Shown here piece by piece: positions 8,169 through 17,230 of a stretch of DNA of 64,000 bases. The stretch's first letter is position 1. Each line of letters starts with the position of its first letter. The DNA comes from Acidimicrobiia bacterium (lineage in GTDB: Bacteria > Actinomycetota > Acidimicrobiia > Spongiisociales > Spongiisociaceae). The position numbers were made by a program, and so were the translations under genes. The notes beneath the pieces were generated by a model. It did no database searches. It was not told the origin of the DNA and saw only the letters and a list, made by a program, of their open reading frames with translations. The stretch spans positions 1-64,000 of the forward strand of contig JBFGLM010000017.1 of the NCBI GenBank assembly GCA_041576165.1, given 5' to 3'.

Positions 8169-10436
8169 TCAGACCAAGCCGAAACGGCGGGCGCGCTGGA
8201 CTGCCTCCGCCCGGCCCGAGGCACCCAGTTTCCGATAGATACGTGCAGTGTGCGTTTTGACGGTTTCGGGCGATATTCCGAGCTCGCGAGCGATCTCGCT
8301 GCGAGTCAGGTCTGTGAGCAGCAAGCGCAGTACATCGCGCTCACGGTCGCTCATTTCCTTCCAATCAGGCGCGCCGTCCGGCCCATGAACTCGCTCGGCT
8401 TGGATTTCCACGAGCTTCTGCACGAACCTCGGCTCCTGGAGCTCGTCCATTTGTCGTCGCGCTTCTTCGACCGCCTGAGCGGCTCGGCGGTGATCCCCGG
8501 CCCGGTTCGCGGCCTCGGCAATGCACAACGCCACGAAGACAGGTCCCTGCGCAAGGCGGGCGCGCTCTGCAACCCTGTTGACGATGGCGCAGGAGGCTGC
8601 AACGTCGCTATCGTCCCCCGTCCACAGGAGCACCAGAGCCCCGAGAATCGCACCGATTGGCAGTTCATCGACCCTGTCTGCTTGCGACAAGGAGTCTCTC
8701 GCCAGATGCTCCGCCTCTGCGATCTCACCCATCGCGAAACGCACCAGTGCCTCGATGCCTTCCGGAACCAACGCGGCGAACAAGGTCCCCGGACCCTGCT
8801 CGGCCCGGCGGACCAGTTCGAGGGCGCGCGGGTAATCAGCGAGGATGTATTGCGTAACAGCGGCCAGACCGAACGCTCGCCCCGGATCCTCACCCTCATG
8901 GCGGGGGGTCACGGCCGCCGTGAAGCCGGCGAGGTGTTCCATCTCCGCCGAGCATGCCTCCATCTCCTCGACGGTGCCTCCGGCCAGCAACGTGAACCAG
9001 TTCAGGATGAGACCACCCAGGCGAACGGCCTTCCCGGCTACCGTCGAGGTGTCTGCACCAAGCGCAACTTCTGTGAACCGGACTACCTGGGGCCATTCGC
9101 CGCTATTGGCCGCAGCGTCGCCAGCGAGGACTGCCAACGCGGGCACGCGTTCCAGTTCGGCCTCCGGCAGCGCAGTGATCCACGTGAGCACGGTGCGGAA
9201 GATCCCGTGCTGGATGAAGCCGTAACCGTGCTCGACGATCAGCTCCGCTGCGGTGCTCCAGTCGCCGGCGTCAAGGGAGTAGCGCACTGCCTCCGCGACG
9301 AGGCCGCGATCCCTGCACCATGCTGCGGCGCGCCGACGCAGGATGGCGCTGCGTCCAGGTTTTCTGGCCTCGAGTTCGGCCTGTAGCCACGAGGAGAAGA
9401 GGTCGTGGTATTCGTATACATCCGGTCGGTCCCGGCCAATGCGAGTGATGAAGAAACGGCGGCGGGCGATTTCATTCAACAGCAGAGTGGCATCCTCTGC
9501 GTCGATCACAGCGCGGCAGACGTCTGGGCTGAGCACGTGAAGGACCGAAGTGTCGAGGACGAAGTCCTGGAGCTGTGGCGGAATCTGGGCAAGTACCTCC
9601 TCGGCGAAGTACGCAGCGAGGTACCGATCTTGGCCCGAATAGCGGAGTAGGGCACCCTCCTGATCCACCGGTGACTCCTGGGCGGCGAGCCCCGCAAGGC
9701 ACAGCCCGGCTACCCACCCGGTCGCACGCTGATTCACCGTGCTCGTTACGTCAGGCATTGCATCAATCTCCATCCCTTCAACGAGCAACCGATGAGCCTC
9801 TTGATCGTCGAAACGGAGCTGGTCCGCCGAAATCATCCCCAATGAGAGGTTGGCACGCATGCGAGCGAGTCCGAGGGGCGGCTCCGATCGGGACCCGATG
9901 ATCCACCGCCACGAGGGAGGGAGCTCATCAAGGACGTGCGAACACAATTCCGTGACATCCGTGCCGGAGACCCGGTGGAAGTCATCGAGGATGGTGACGA
10001 CGGGCGCGCTGGAGGCAATCGAGGCCATCAACGCGGTAGCGATGACACGCGGTGATGCTCCGTCCGACGCTAGATCGGTTGCGTGGCGAGCCGCCTCGGG
10101 AGCGACGGCGCCTACCGACGCAACCAGATAGCGAATGAAAACGGCCGGGTCGCTGTCACCCTCATCCAGCCTGAGCCAAGACACCAAGTTGGGAGAGCCG
10201 TTCGCCCACTCCGCCAGCAGCGCAGATTTGCCATATCCCGCTGGTGAGACCACCACAGTCAGCCGTGCGTGGTGCTGTTCATCAAGGAGCGCCCGTACCC
10301 GTGGCCGCGAGACGTGGTGATCAGCGACTGGTGGTGTTAGCACCTTGGATCGCAGCAGGAGACCTTCGGTGCGGGCGCCTCCAGCCTTCGAACCTGCCTC
10401 GGTCTTGCTTTCGGTGCGGTCTCTTGTGTGGTGCAT
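8169..10436 (-). CDS. MalT-like ATP-dependent LuxR-family transcriptional activator
   Basis: LLRSKVLTPP, Walker A SPAGYGKS, ILDDFH, TGWVAGLCLA, YEYHDLF and a C-terminal LuxR HTH (SDRERDVL..ISPETVKTH..IYRKLG); start estimated. Confidence 0.92.
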   Translation of the reverse strand: MHHTRDRTESKTEAGSKAGGARTEGLLLRSKVLTPPVADHHVSRPRVRALLDEQHHARLTVVVSPAGYGKSALLAEWANGSPNLVSWLRLDEGDSDPAVFIRYLVASVGAVAPEAARHATDLASDGASPRVIATALMASIASSAPVVTILDDFHRVSGTDVTELCSHVLDELPPSWRWIIGSRSEPPLGLARMRANLSLGMISADQLRFDDQEAHRLLVEGMEIDAMPDVTSTVNQRATGWVAGLCLAGLAAQESPVDQEGALLRYSGQDRYLAAYFAEEVLAQIPPQLQDFVLDTSVLHVLSPDVCRAVIDAEDATLLLNEIARRRFFITRIGRDRPDVYEYHDLFSSWLQAELEARKPGRSAILRRRAAAWCRDRGLVAEAVRYSLDAGDWSTAAELIVEHGYGFIQHGIFRTVLTWITALPEAELERVPALAVLAGDAAANSGEWPQVVRFTEVALGADTSTVAGKAVRLGGLILNWFTLLAGGTVEEMEACSAEMEHLAGFTAAVTPRHEGEDPGRAFGLAAVTQYILADYPRALELVRRAEQGPGTLFAALVPEGIEALVRFAMGEIAEAEHLARDSLSQADRVDELPIGAILGALVLLWTGDDSDVAASCAIVNRVAERARLAQGPVFVALCIAEAANRAGDHRRAAQAVEEARRQMDELQEPRFVQKLVEIQAERVHGPDGAPDWKEMSDRERDVLRLLLTDLTRSEIARELGISPETVKTHTARIYRKLGASGRAEAVQRARRFGLV

Positions 10437-10669
10437 CCCCGAATTTCCAACTCTAGGTGGGAGGCCGCGGGCCGTGGATCCGCCCCGACGTCTATGCCTC
10501 CCTCTGTGGTCACCGCCCGCCGCGCGCTCAAGCCCAGCCGACAATGCATCACAGCCGTCCGACACGGTGTCGGAAACATCATCGCACATGCTCCCCGCTG
10601 CCCGCGCAGCTCGGAACGTCTGCGCCGCCGCGCGATTCGGCTCTGTGGGCCGCGCCCACGGACCACGTT

Positions 10670-10686
10670 TCACCTGCGGTGGGTGA
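10670..10686. promoter_or_regulatory. TCACCY-N5-GGGTGA operator, copy 4
   Basis: TCACCTgcggtGGGTGA in the divergent gap between the regulator and the TrkA-C gene; TCACCC half-site 24 bp further on. Confidence 0.65.
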
Positions 10687-10845
10687 AGTACATTCACCCG
10701 TTGGCCCGGAGGGTGGGAGCGTTCGCCGATCGGCCTGAGCAGTGATCGCCGTGCACTCAAACAGGCAGCACGCCGAGGGACGGTTGCGAGGGCGGGTCAG
10801 CCGCGATCGGCCAGAGGCTCAACACGGGACCGCAGAGGAGGTGAG

Positions 10846-11520
10846 GTGCCAGCAGTCCTCGGCATCATCGGGATCCTCGTGTTGTGGCGTTTCCTCGTCC
10901 TTACAGCCGGTGAGGTATTCATGCGTGCGGGTTTGCCGCCCGAGGCTGCCAGGTTCGAGGCCAGGTCGGCGCTCACCGGCTCCGGTTACACAACGTCCGA
11001 GTCCGAAATCGTGGTGAAGGATCCCGCGTCGCGCAGGGTCGTTTCGATCCTCTTTCTCGTCGGCTTCATCGGACCTGCCACCCTTCTCGGGCTGCTCGGT
11101 TTCGGTTTCTTACTGCCTTCGTCGAATCACCGGGCCTTTCGGCTGGCGGTCCTGCTTGGACTCCTCGCCGGCCTCGGCGTACTGGAGCGCACCGGATTCC
11201 TGACGCGTGTCGGACGGCGGCCTGCGCGCCTGGTCGCCGACCGTATTTCCCGAGCTCGGGTGGCTGATACCTGGATGGTGTTCGGCGAGTATGCGATCCT
11301 GTCGCTCCAGGTCGTTCCCGAAGGCCCGTTGGTCGAACGCTCGATCGGCGACCTGTTCGGCGGCGGCGATATCACCGTGCTGTCGATTTGGCGCAACCAG
11401 CAAGGGACGTCAAACCACATGGCCCGTCCACCCCCAGACGAACACACCAAAGCTGGCGACCACTTGATTCTGTTCGGTAGGTCGACTGATTTGGTTGATC
11501 TCAACGGAGATGCTGTTTGA
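10846..11520 (+). CDS. Membrane protein with channel-pore-like segment and C-terminal TrkA-C (RCK_C) domain
   Basis: ARFEARSALTGSGYTTSESE motif, TM helices and an RCK_C-like tail (ITVLSIWR..PPPDEHTKAGDHLILFG). Confidence 0.8.
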   Translation: MPAVLGIIGILVLWRFLVLTAGEVFMRAGLPPEAARFEARSALTGSGYTTSESEIVVKDPASRRVVSILFLVGFIGPATLLGLLGFGFLLPSSNHRAFRLAVLLGLLAGLGVLERTGFLTRVGRRPARLVADRISRARVADTWMVFGEYAILSLQVVPEGPLVERSIGDLFGGGDITVLSIWRNQQGTSNHMARPPPDEHTKAGDHLILFGRSTDLVDLNGDAV

Positions 11521-11605
11521 CTCGTCCATCATGACCTGGGCGGGAGGGCTGACGATCGGGACTGGCGCCCGACTGGCGCCATCGCCCTTCGGGCCGAGAT
11601 TTCGT

Positions 11606-11622
11606 TCACCCCCCACGGGTGA
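11606..11622. promoter_or_regulatory. TCACCC-N5-GGGTGA operator, copy 5
   Basis: TCACCCcccacGGGTGA about 55 bp upstream of the DUF1269 gene. Confidence 0.75.
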
Positions 11623-11676
11623 TCAGCGGTCTCTCCGAGCATGGTGGGATACCACGCACCAAGCTGAGGAGCGACC

Positions 11677-12168
11677 GTGGATCAGGACTTCGACCCCATC
11701 GAGCTCATTGCCGCCGTTTATAGCAGTCCCGCCGCCGCACAATCCATGCTCAATGAGCTGGTGCGGCTGCACCAACAGGATGTCATCGAGCTCATCGATG
11801 CAGCGGTTATGGAGCGGGACGGCGACGGAAAGCTGCACATCTCCGAGCGAGCGGAGCTCACCCCGGCCAAAGGGGCAAAGCGGGGCGCGTTGATCGGAGC
11901 CGCTCTCGGGATCATCTTTCCCCCATCGTTGCTGGCGACGACCGCCATTGGCGCGGCCGCAGGTGCATTGACGGGCAAGGCTACCGACCAGGGGCTGGAC
12001 AACAAGATGCTTGCGGATCTCGGTTCAGAGCTTCGACCGGGCACGTCGGCCATCATCGCCGTGGTGGACCACAAGTGGTACAGCACGATGGTGAACGCGC
12101 TCTCCGGCTACGACCGCATCCTCGCCAATACCCTGCATGCGGACGAGATTGCGAGCTTCGAACTCTGA
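11677..12168 (+). CDS. DUF1269 domain protein (glycine-zipper membrane protein)
   Basis: IDAAVMERDGDGKL, GALIGAALG..GAAAGALTG and LRPGTSAII motifs. Confidence 0.88.
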   Translation: MDQDFDPIELIAAVYSSPAAAQSMLNELVRLHQQDVIELIDAAVMERDGDGKLHISERAELTPAKGAKRGALIGAALGIIFPPSLLATTAIGAAAGALTGKATDQGLDNKMLADLGSELRPGTSAIIAVVDHKWYSTMVNALSGYDRILANTLHADEIASFEL

Positions 12169-12185
12169 GAAGTGGGCCCGGTGGC

Positions 12186-13064
12186 TCAGCCCACCGTTGC
12201 GGCGGAACGTTCCTTGCGGAACAGCACAAAGGCGAGGGTGAAGCCGCTGATCAGCATCCACAGTCCGTAGAGCGCCGGGATCACCGACATGGGCGGTGAG
12301 TCGAGCGAGACCAGAGCCACCGCTATTGCCAGTGCGGCATTCTGAATACCGGTCTCGATAGCGAGGGTGCCGGCTTGGACACGAGGCAGACCCGTCCAGG
12401 TAGCCAGTCCGTATCCACCCACCAGCGCTACCCCGTTCAGGAGGATCAGGGCGACCGCAAACTCCGGCCCTCGATCCAACACCAGCTCCCAGTTCTCGAT
12501 GAACAGTGCTCCGACGATGATGACCAGGACGGCGCCGGAGAAGACCTTGCCGGCCCGTTGCGTGCGAGTGGCGAAATTCGGCCGGCGCCATCGCACGCCC
12601 ATCCCAACAGCCAGCGGCACCACGGTGATGGTCGCAACCTCGAGCATCGTGCGGACAAAGGGGACCCTGACGTCGCCTGCGCCAGTGTCGAAAGCTTCCA
12701 CTGCCCACGACATGAGCAAAGGGATCGTGAGCCACGAAACTGTGTTGGAGAGAGCGGTCAGCGTGACGGAAAGGGCTCGATCGCCGTCGGCAACATGGAC
12801 GATCACGTTGGAGGTGGCGCCGCCGGGCGCAGCGGCCAGCAAGATGACGCTCACTGCAATCACGGGGTCCAGCGGCAGGGCGAACGCGATAGCAAAGCCG
12901 AGCAGGGGCAGCGCCAGTAGCTGGAGGCATAGCCCAACGATCACTGCCCGCGGGAACATGAGCGTCCGCTTGAAGTCGGACCAACTGAGGGTGAGCCCCA
13001 GCGTGACCATCATCAGGAACACCGCCAGCGGGAGCCCTACCTGAGAAAGAGCACTCTGTTCCAC
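12186..13064 (-). CDS. Bile acid:sodium symporter (BASS) family transporter
   Basis: MVTLGLTL, PGGATSN, GDRALSV and IETGIQNAALA motifs. Confidence 0.93.
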   Translation of the reverse strand: MEQSALSQVGLPLAVFLMMVTLGLTLSWSDFKRTLMFPRAVIVGLCLQLLALPLLGFAIAFALPLDPVIAVSVILLAAAPGGATSNVIVHVADGDRALSVTLTALSNTVSWLTIPLLMSWAVEAFDTGAGDVRVPFVRTMLEVATITVVPLAVGMGVRWRRPNFATRTQRAGKVFSGAVLVIIVGALFIENWELVLDRGPEFAVALILLNGVALVGGYGLATWTGLPRVQAGTLAIETGIQNAALAIAVALVSLDSPPMSVIPALYGLWMLISGFTLAFVLFRKERSAATVG

Positions 13065-13337
13065 CTGTACGATCTCCGCTCCGCAATGGCTCCCGAGAGA
13101 CCGGCGACGACAAGCCCAGATGAGGCACCAATCCGGCCAATGACGGCGGATATCTCGATCGGGCCACGGCGGGCGACCGGTGTCGCCTCATGCCTCTAAC
13201 AGTCCCTACGCGTTGCCAGCCCGGTCTCCGGATCAGAGCCCGGGGTGTCAGGGCACTTTACTCGTCTCACTCGTCGGACGCTGGACGGGGAGCGTGTGTC
13301 GGCGCGAACATGTCCCGATTTCGCCGCTATTCGCAGG

Positions 13338-14897
13338 CTAGGGCCGAAATCCACGTGTCCGAGGTCCAAGCATCTGGGGAAGCTTGCCGTACGCCAGCTC
13401 TGCCCACTCGCACAGGATCCGTCGGGTGTGGCGGGGGTCGATCACGTCTTCGATTCCGAATGATTCAGCAGTGCGCAGCGGCGAACGCACCGCCTCGAAT
13501 CGGTCTAACAGCTCCGCCCTGAGGGCCTCGGGATCGTCGGCCTCGGCCAGTGCCCGTTTGTAGGCGGCTTCGACGCCGCCTTCCAGCGGTAACGATCCCC
13601 AATCCCCACTGGGCCAGGCGACCCGCATCCTCGGCTGGGCGCAATCGACAAACGCGGCTCCTGCCACGCCGAATGTTCGACGTGTGATCACGGCGAAGTA
13701 CGGCACCGTCATCTGATAGAGCGCAGCGATCAAGGTGCCGCCCCGCCGAATGGTGGCTGCCGCCTCGGCGGCGGAGCCGATGGCGAAGCCGGGGTTGTCG
13801 ACCAGGCTGACAACCGGCAGGTGGAAGGTCTCGCACAGGTCGACCATCCGCCCCGCCTTCTCACAACCGTCGGCGGTGAGCGCCCCACCCCAATGCTTGG
13901 GGTTGTTTGCAATGACGCCGACCGGATGCCCGCCCAGGCGAGCGAGGCCCGCGACCACCGAGCGGCCCCACCGTTCACCGATCTCGAAAAAGCTGGTGCG
14001 GTCCACGATGTGGCCGATCACAGCCCGGACGTCGTAGATCCGGCGCCGGTTCCGAGGGATTATCGACAACAGCTCGTCGTCGGCTCGGTGAGGGTCGTCA
14101 TCAGTGGGGGCCACCGGCGGCATCTCCCACACGTTCGCGGGGAGGTAGGACAGAAACCGCCGAACCTGGTCGAAAGCCTCGGGCTCGGAGGCGGCGATGT
14201 TGTCGACGACGCCGTTGCCGCCGTGGACCTCCACCCCGCCCAGCTGGTTCTTGGTGACCGTCTCGTGGCTGGCGTACTCAACCAGCGGCGGTCCGGCCAC
14301 GAACACCTGGCCCAGCTCTTCCACCAATACGGTGAAGTGGCTCATCACCGCCCGGGCCGCCCCCAAACCGACCACCGGACCCAACGCCGCCGAGCAAACC
14401 GGCACCAGGTTGAGCAGTCGGGCCTGGACGTCGAAGCCGGGGAGCGGCGGCACGTACGTCTTCTGCTCCTCCAGATAGGTCGTGACCGATCCGCCGCCCG
14501 ACGAACCGTCGAGCAGGCGAACCATCGGGATCTGGAGCTCCTCGCTGAGGCTTTCGCCATACACCTGCTTTTCCCAGATCGAGGCGTCGGCGTGGCCCCC
14601 GCGGACGGTGAAGTCGTCGCCACCGACCATGACCGGACGGCCGTCGATCTGCCCCCGGCCGGCCACGTAGTTGGTGGGCTGATAGCCGGTGATCGCACCG
14701 TCGTCGTCGTAGGAGACTTTGGCGGTCAGAGCGCCGAATTCCTGGAACGTGCCGTCGTCGAGCACCGCGTCGACCCGTTCCCGCACGGTCAGCTTGCCGG
14801 CCTCCCGCTGGCGTCGGACCCGCTCTTCGCCTCCCAGCTCTTGCGCCAGGCGGCGGCGCTCCTCGATGTGATCGACTTCCTGGGACCAATCGCTCAT
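13338..14897 (-). CDS. Acyl-CoA carboxylase carboxyltransferase subunit
   Basis: GKLTVRER, DDFTVRGG, FVAGPP, LGGVEVH..NGVVD and LVDNPGF motifs. Confidence 0.93.
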   Translation of the reverse strand: MSDWSQEVDHIEERRRLAQELGGEERVRRQREAGKLTVRERVDAVLDDGTFQEFGALTAKVSYDDDGAITGYQPTNYVAGRGQIDGRPVMVGGDDFTVRGGHADASIWEKQVYGESLSEELQIPMVRLLDGSSGGGSVTTYLEEQKTYVPPLPGFDVQARLLNLVPVCSAALGPVVGLGAARAVMSHFTVLVEELGQVFVAGPPLVEYASHETVTKNQLGGVEVHGGNGVVDNIAASEPEAFDQVRRFLSYLPANVWEMPPVAPTDDDPHRADDELLSIIPRNRRRIYDVRAVIGHIVDRTSFFEIGERWGRSVVAGLARLGGHPVGVIANNPKHWGGALTADGCEKAGRMVDLCETFHLPVVSLVDNPGFAIGSAAEAAATIRRGGTLIAALYQMTVPYFAVITRRTFGVAGAAFVDCAQPRMRVAWPSGDWGSLPLEGGVEAAYKRALAEADDPEALRAELLDRFEAVRSPLRTAESFGIEDVIDPRHTRRILCEWAELAYGKLPQMLGPRTRGFRP

Positions 14898-14957
14898 CGC
14901 GGCGACGGTAGCCGGTCGGGCGGCGCCGGGCCGGTCTCGGGCCCGGGGCTGCCCGGC

Positions 14958-15008
14958 AACTTTCGGCTGCTGGGTGCCCTGAGGGCACCCAGCAGCCTTA
15001 GGTTCGCC
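14958..15008. repeat. REP-like palindromic element, copy A
   Basis: Perfect 16-bp inverted repeat ggctgctgggtgccct-g-agggcacccagcagcc (14965-14997) flanked by aactttc and ttaggttc; homologous to the copies at 19335 and 19409. Confidence 0.75.
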
Positions 15009-15776
15009 TCAGCGGCGGGCGGCGTTGGCGGCGATCGCTTCCGACATGTAGCGGGCGAGGCCGTCGCCGGCCCGATCGATGTTGGCCGTGAACCGGGCAT
15101 CTTCGACGTACAACCGGCCCAGTCCGGCGTGGATCTCGATCGAGCAGTCGTAGAACCACCTGGTGATGTGTCCCCGGTGGCGCTCGGCCACGTCCATCGC
15201 GTCGTCATCGGTCGGGGGTGTGCCGGCCGACATCAGCGCCAGGAACGCCTGGTTGATCGCCTCCGCTTCGGCGCGCAACGCACGCCAGTCCTCTGTCGAG
15301 TAGTTGCTCGTACGGCCAGCCGACTCTGCGTATGCCGCAGTATCACCCCATCGCTCCTCGGCCTCCTCCTGGTGTCCAAACGGATCGAAATCGCCGAACA
15401 CCTCGAGCATCTCCTCTTTTGTGAGTTTCATTCCTGTTCTCCTTGCATCGAGTGCCTGGTCGACCGCATCGACCATGGTCAGCAGGCGGTCGGCCCGGGC
15501 CACCAGCAGCTCGCGCTGGCGTTCCAGCACCACCACCCGGTCGTAGTCCGGCCGGTCCACGATGTCGTTGATCTCCTCCAGACCAAACCCGAGCTCACGA
15601 AAGAAGAGCACTTCCTGCAGGCGCTCGACCTCGGCGTCGCCGTACAGTCGGTAACCGCCGCTCGATCGCCGACCGGGCTTGACCAGCCCGATCTCGTCGT
15701 AGTGGTGCAGGGTGCGGATGGTCAGGCCCGCCAGGCGGGCCACTGCCCCGACTGTGAGCGCCGTTTCAGTTTGCAT
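15009..15776 (-). CDS. tipA: MerR-family TipA-type regulator with TipAS drug-binding domain
   Basis: TIRTLHHYDEIGLVKP..GYRLY HTH; EEAEERWGDTAAYAES and HAGLGRLYVEDARF TipAS motifs. Confidence 0.92.
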   Translation of the reverse strand: MQTETALTVGAVARLAGLTIRTLHHYDEIGLVKPGRRSSGGYRLYGDAEVERLQEVLFFRELGFGLEEINDIVDRPDYDRVVVLERQRELLVARADRLLTMVDAVDQALDARRTGMKLTKEEMLEVFGDFDPFGHQEEAEERWGDTAAYAESAGRTSNYSTEDWRALRAEAEAINQAFLALMSAGTPPTDDDAMDVAERHRGHITRWFYDCSIEIHAGLGRLYVEDARFTANIDRAGDGLARYMSEAIAANAARR

Positions 15777-15782
15777 ACCCGG

Positions 15783-15813
15783 AAGATACACCCTCACGTT
15801 ACGTGAGGGTCAA
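15783..15813 (-). promoter_or_regulatory. MerR-type tipA promoter with operator
   Basis: Minus strand TTGACC-19 bp-TATCTT; palindrome ACCCTCACGT-T-ACGTGAGGGT (15790-15810) resembling the Streptomyces ptipA operator; ATG 6 nt after the -10. Confidence 0.88.
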
Positions 15814-15895
15814 GCAGCTTCCCGCCGCCTCCAGCCTCGTCCCAAGCGACGGACCACCGACGACTCCGGCTCGGTGCGAGATAGGCTGGCCGGCA

Positions 15896-17230
15896 ATGAC
15901 GACCGATCTCACTTCCGCCATTGATTCGCTCTTTCCCACGATGCGATCCGAACTCGAGGAACTGGTCCGGATCCCCTCGGTCAGTGCAGCCGGCTACGAC
16001 CCGGTCGGCGTCCGTCGCTCGGCCGAACGGACGGCTGAGCTGCTTGCAGAAGCCGGGTTCTCGGACGCTCAGTTGCTGGAGCTGGACGGCGCCCACCCGG
16101 GAGTGATTGGCGAGATGACCGGTCCCGAGGGTTCACCCACCGTCCTGCTCTACGCGCATCATGACGTGCAGCCGCCGGGACCGCCCGAGCAATGGGAGAC
16201 CGCACCGTTCGAACCGTTCGAGCGCAACGGCCGGCTTTACGGACGGGGTACCTCCGACGACAAATGCGGAATCATCATCCACACCGCCGTTGCCCGAGCG
16301 TTCGGTGGCCGGCCCCCGGTGGGCCTCAAAGTCTTCATCGAAGGTGAAGAGGAGATCGGCTCACTCCACCTCGACCAGTTCCTGGCCCAGCATCAGGATC
16401 GGCTCGCCGCCGACGCCATCGTGATCGCCGACAGCGGCAACCTCGCGGTGAACCAGCCCAGCCTCACCACCTCGCTGCGGGGCTTGGTCGACGCAGTGAT
16501 CGAGGTCCGCACACTGGAGGTGGCCGTGCACTCCGGCATGTACGGCGGCGCGATTCCCGACGCCTTGAGCGCGCTGGTGCGTGCGCTGGCGACACTCCAC
16601 ACGGACGAGGGCAACGTGGCAATCCCCGGACTGGCGGCGAACGATGACGTTCCACGGGACGTCGACGAAGCGACGTTGCGAGAGATCGCCGGGGCAGTGG
16701 AGGGGGTCGACCTGATCGGCACGGGCTCGCTTGCCTCGCGCATGTGGACCCGGCCGGCCATCTCGATCCTGGCTCTCGACGCACCGCCGGTGGCCGAGGC
16801 GATCAACCAGCTGGTACCGGCGGCCCGGGCCAAGATCAGCATGCGGCTCGCACCCGGCCAGGATCCGTCAGCGGCGCTGGCGGCGCTGGTGTCGCACCTG
16901 GAAGCCAACGTCCCCTGGAACGCGCAGGTCACGGTGACACCCGGAGCATCCGGACCGCCCTTCAAGCTCGATACGAGCGGGCCGGCGTATGACGCGTTCC
17001 GCGCGGGATTCCGCCACGCCTACGGCGTAGAGGCGATCGAAATCGGCGTCGGCGGATCAATCCCGTTCGTGGCCGCGTTTGCACACGCCTATCCGGACGC
17101 CGCCATCCTCCTGATCGGGCCCGCGGATGGAACGTCACGGGCCCACGGCCCCAACGAAAGCCTCGATCTGGAGGAGTTCCGCAAGACGGCGCTGGCCGAG
17201 GCGATCGCGCTCCAGGAGCTCGCCGGTTGA
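15896..17230 (+). CDS. M20/M25/M40 metallo-dipeptidase family hydrolase
   Basis: LLYAHHDVQPP, LYGRGTSDDK, EGEEEIGS, GGSIP and AHGPNE motifs. Confidence 0.92.
   Translation: MTTDLTSAIDSLFPTMRSELEELVRIPSVSAAGYDPVGVRRSAERTAELLAEAGFSDAQLLELDGAHPGVIGEMTGPEGSPTVLLYAHHDVQPPGPPEQWETAPFEPFERNGRLYGRGTSDDKCGIIIHTAVARAFGGRPPVGLKVFIEGEEEIGSLHLDQFLAQHQDRLAADAIVIADSGNLAVNQPSLTTSLRGLVDAVIEVRTLEVAVHSGMYGGAIPDALSALVRALATLHTDEGNVAIPGLAANDDVPRDVDEATLREIAGAVEGVDLIGTGSLASRMWTRPAISILALDAPPVAEAINQLVPAARAKISMRLAPGQDPSAALAALVSHLEANVPWNAQVTVTPGASGPPFKLDTSGPAYDAFRAGFRHAYGVEAIEIGVGGSIPFVAAFAHAYPDAAILLIGPADGTSRAHGPNESLDLEEFRKTALAEAIALQELAG

Noticed and set aside
13338-14897. Stand-alone carboxyltransferase as a novel pathway
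   Set aside because: Actinobacteria commonly encode several dispersed carboxyltransferase subunits sharing one biotin carboxylase
13821-15806. 661-aa plus-strand ORF, and similar long antisense ORFs (35241-36959, 8160-9386, 2597-3790, 24083-25327)
   Set aside because: Shadow frames opposite well-supported genes, expected in high-GC DNA, with no family motifs
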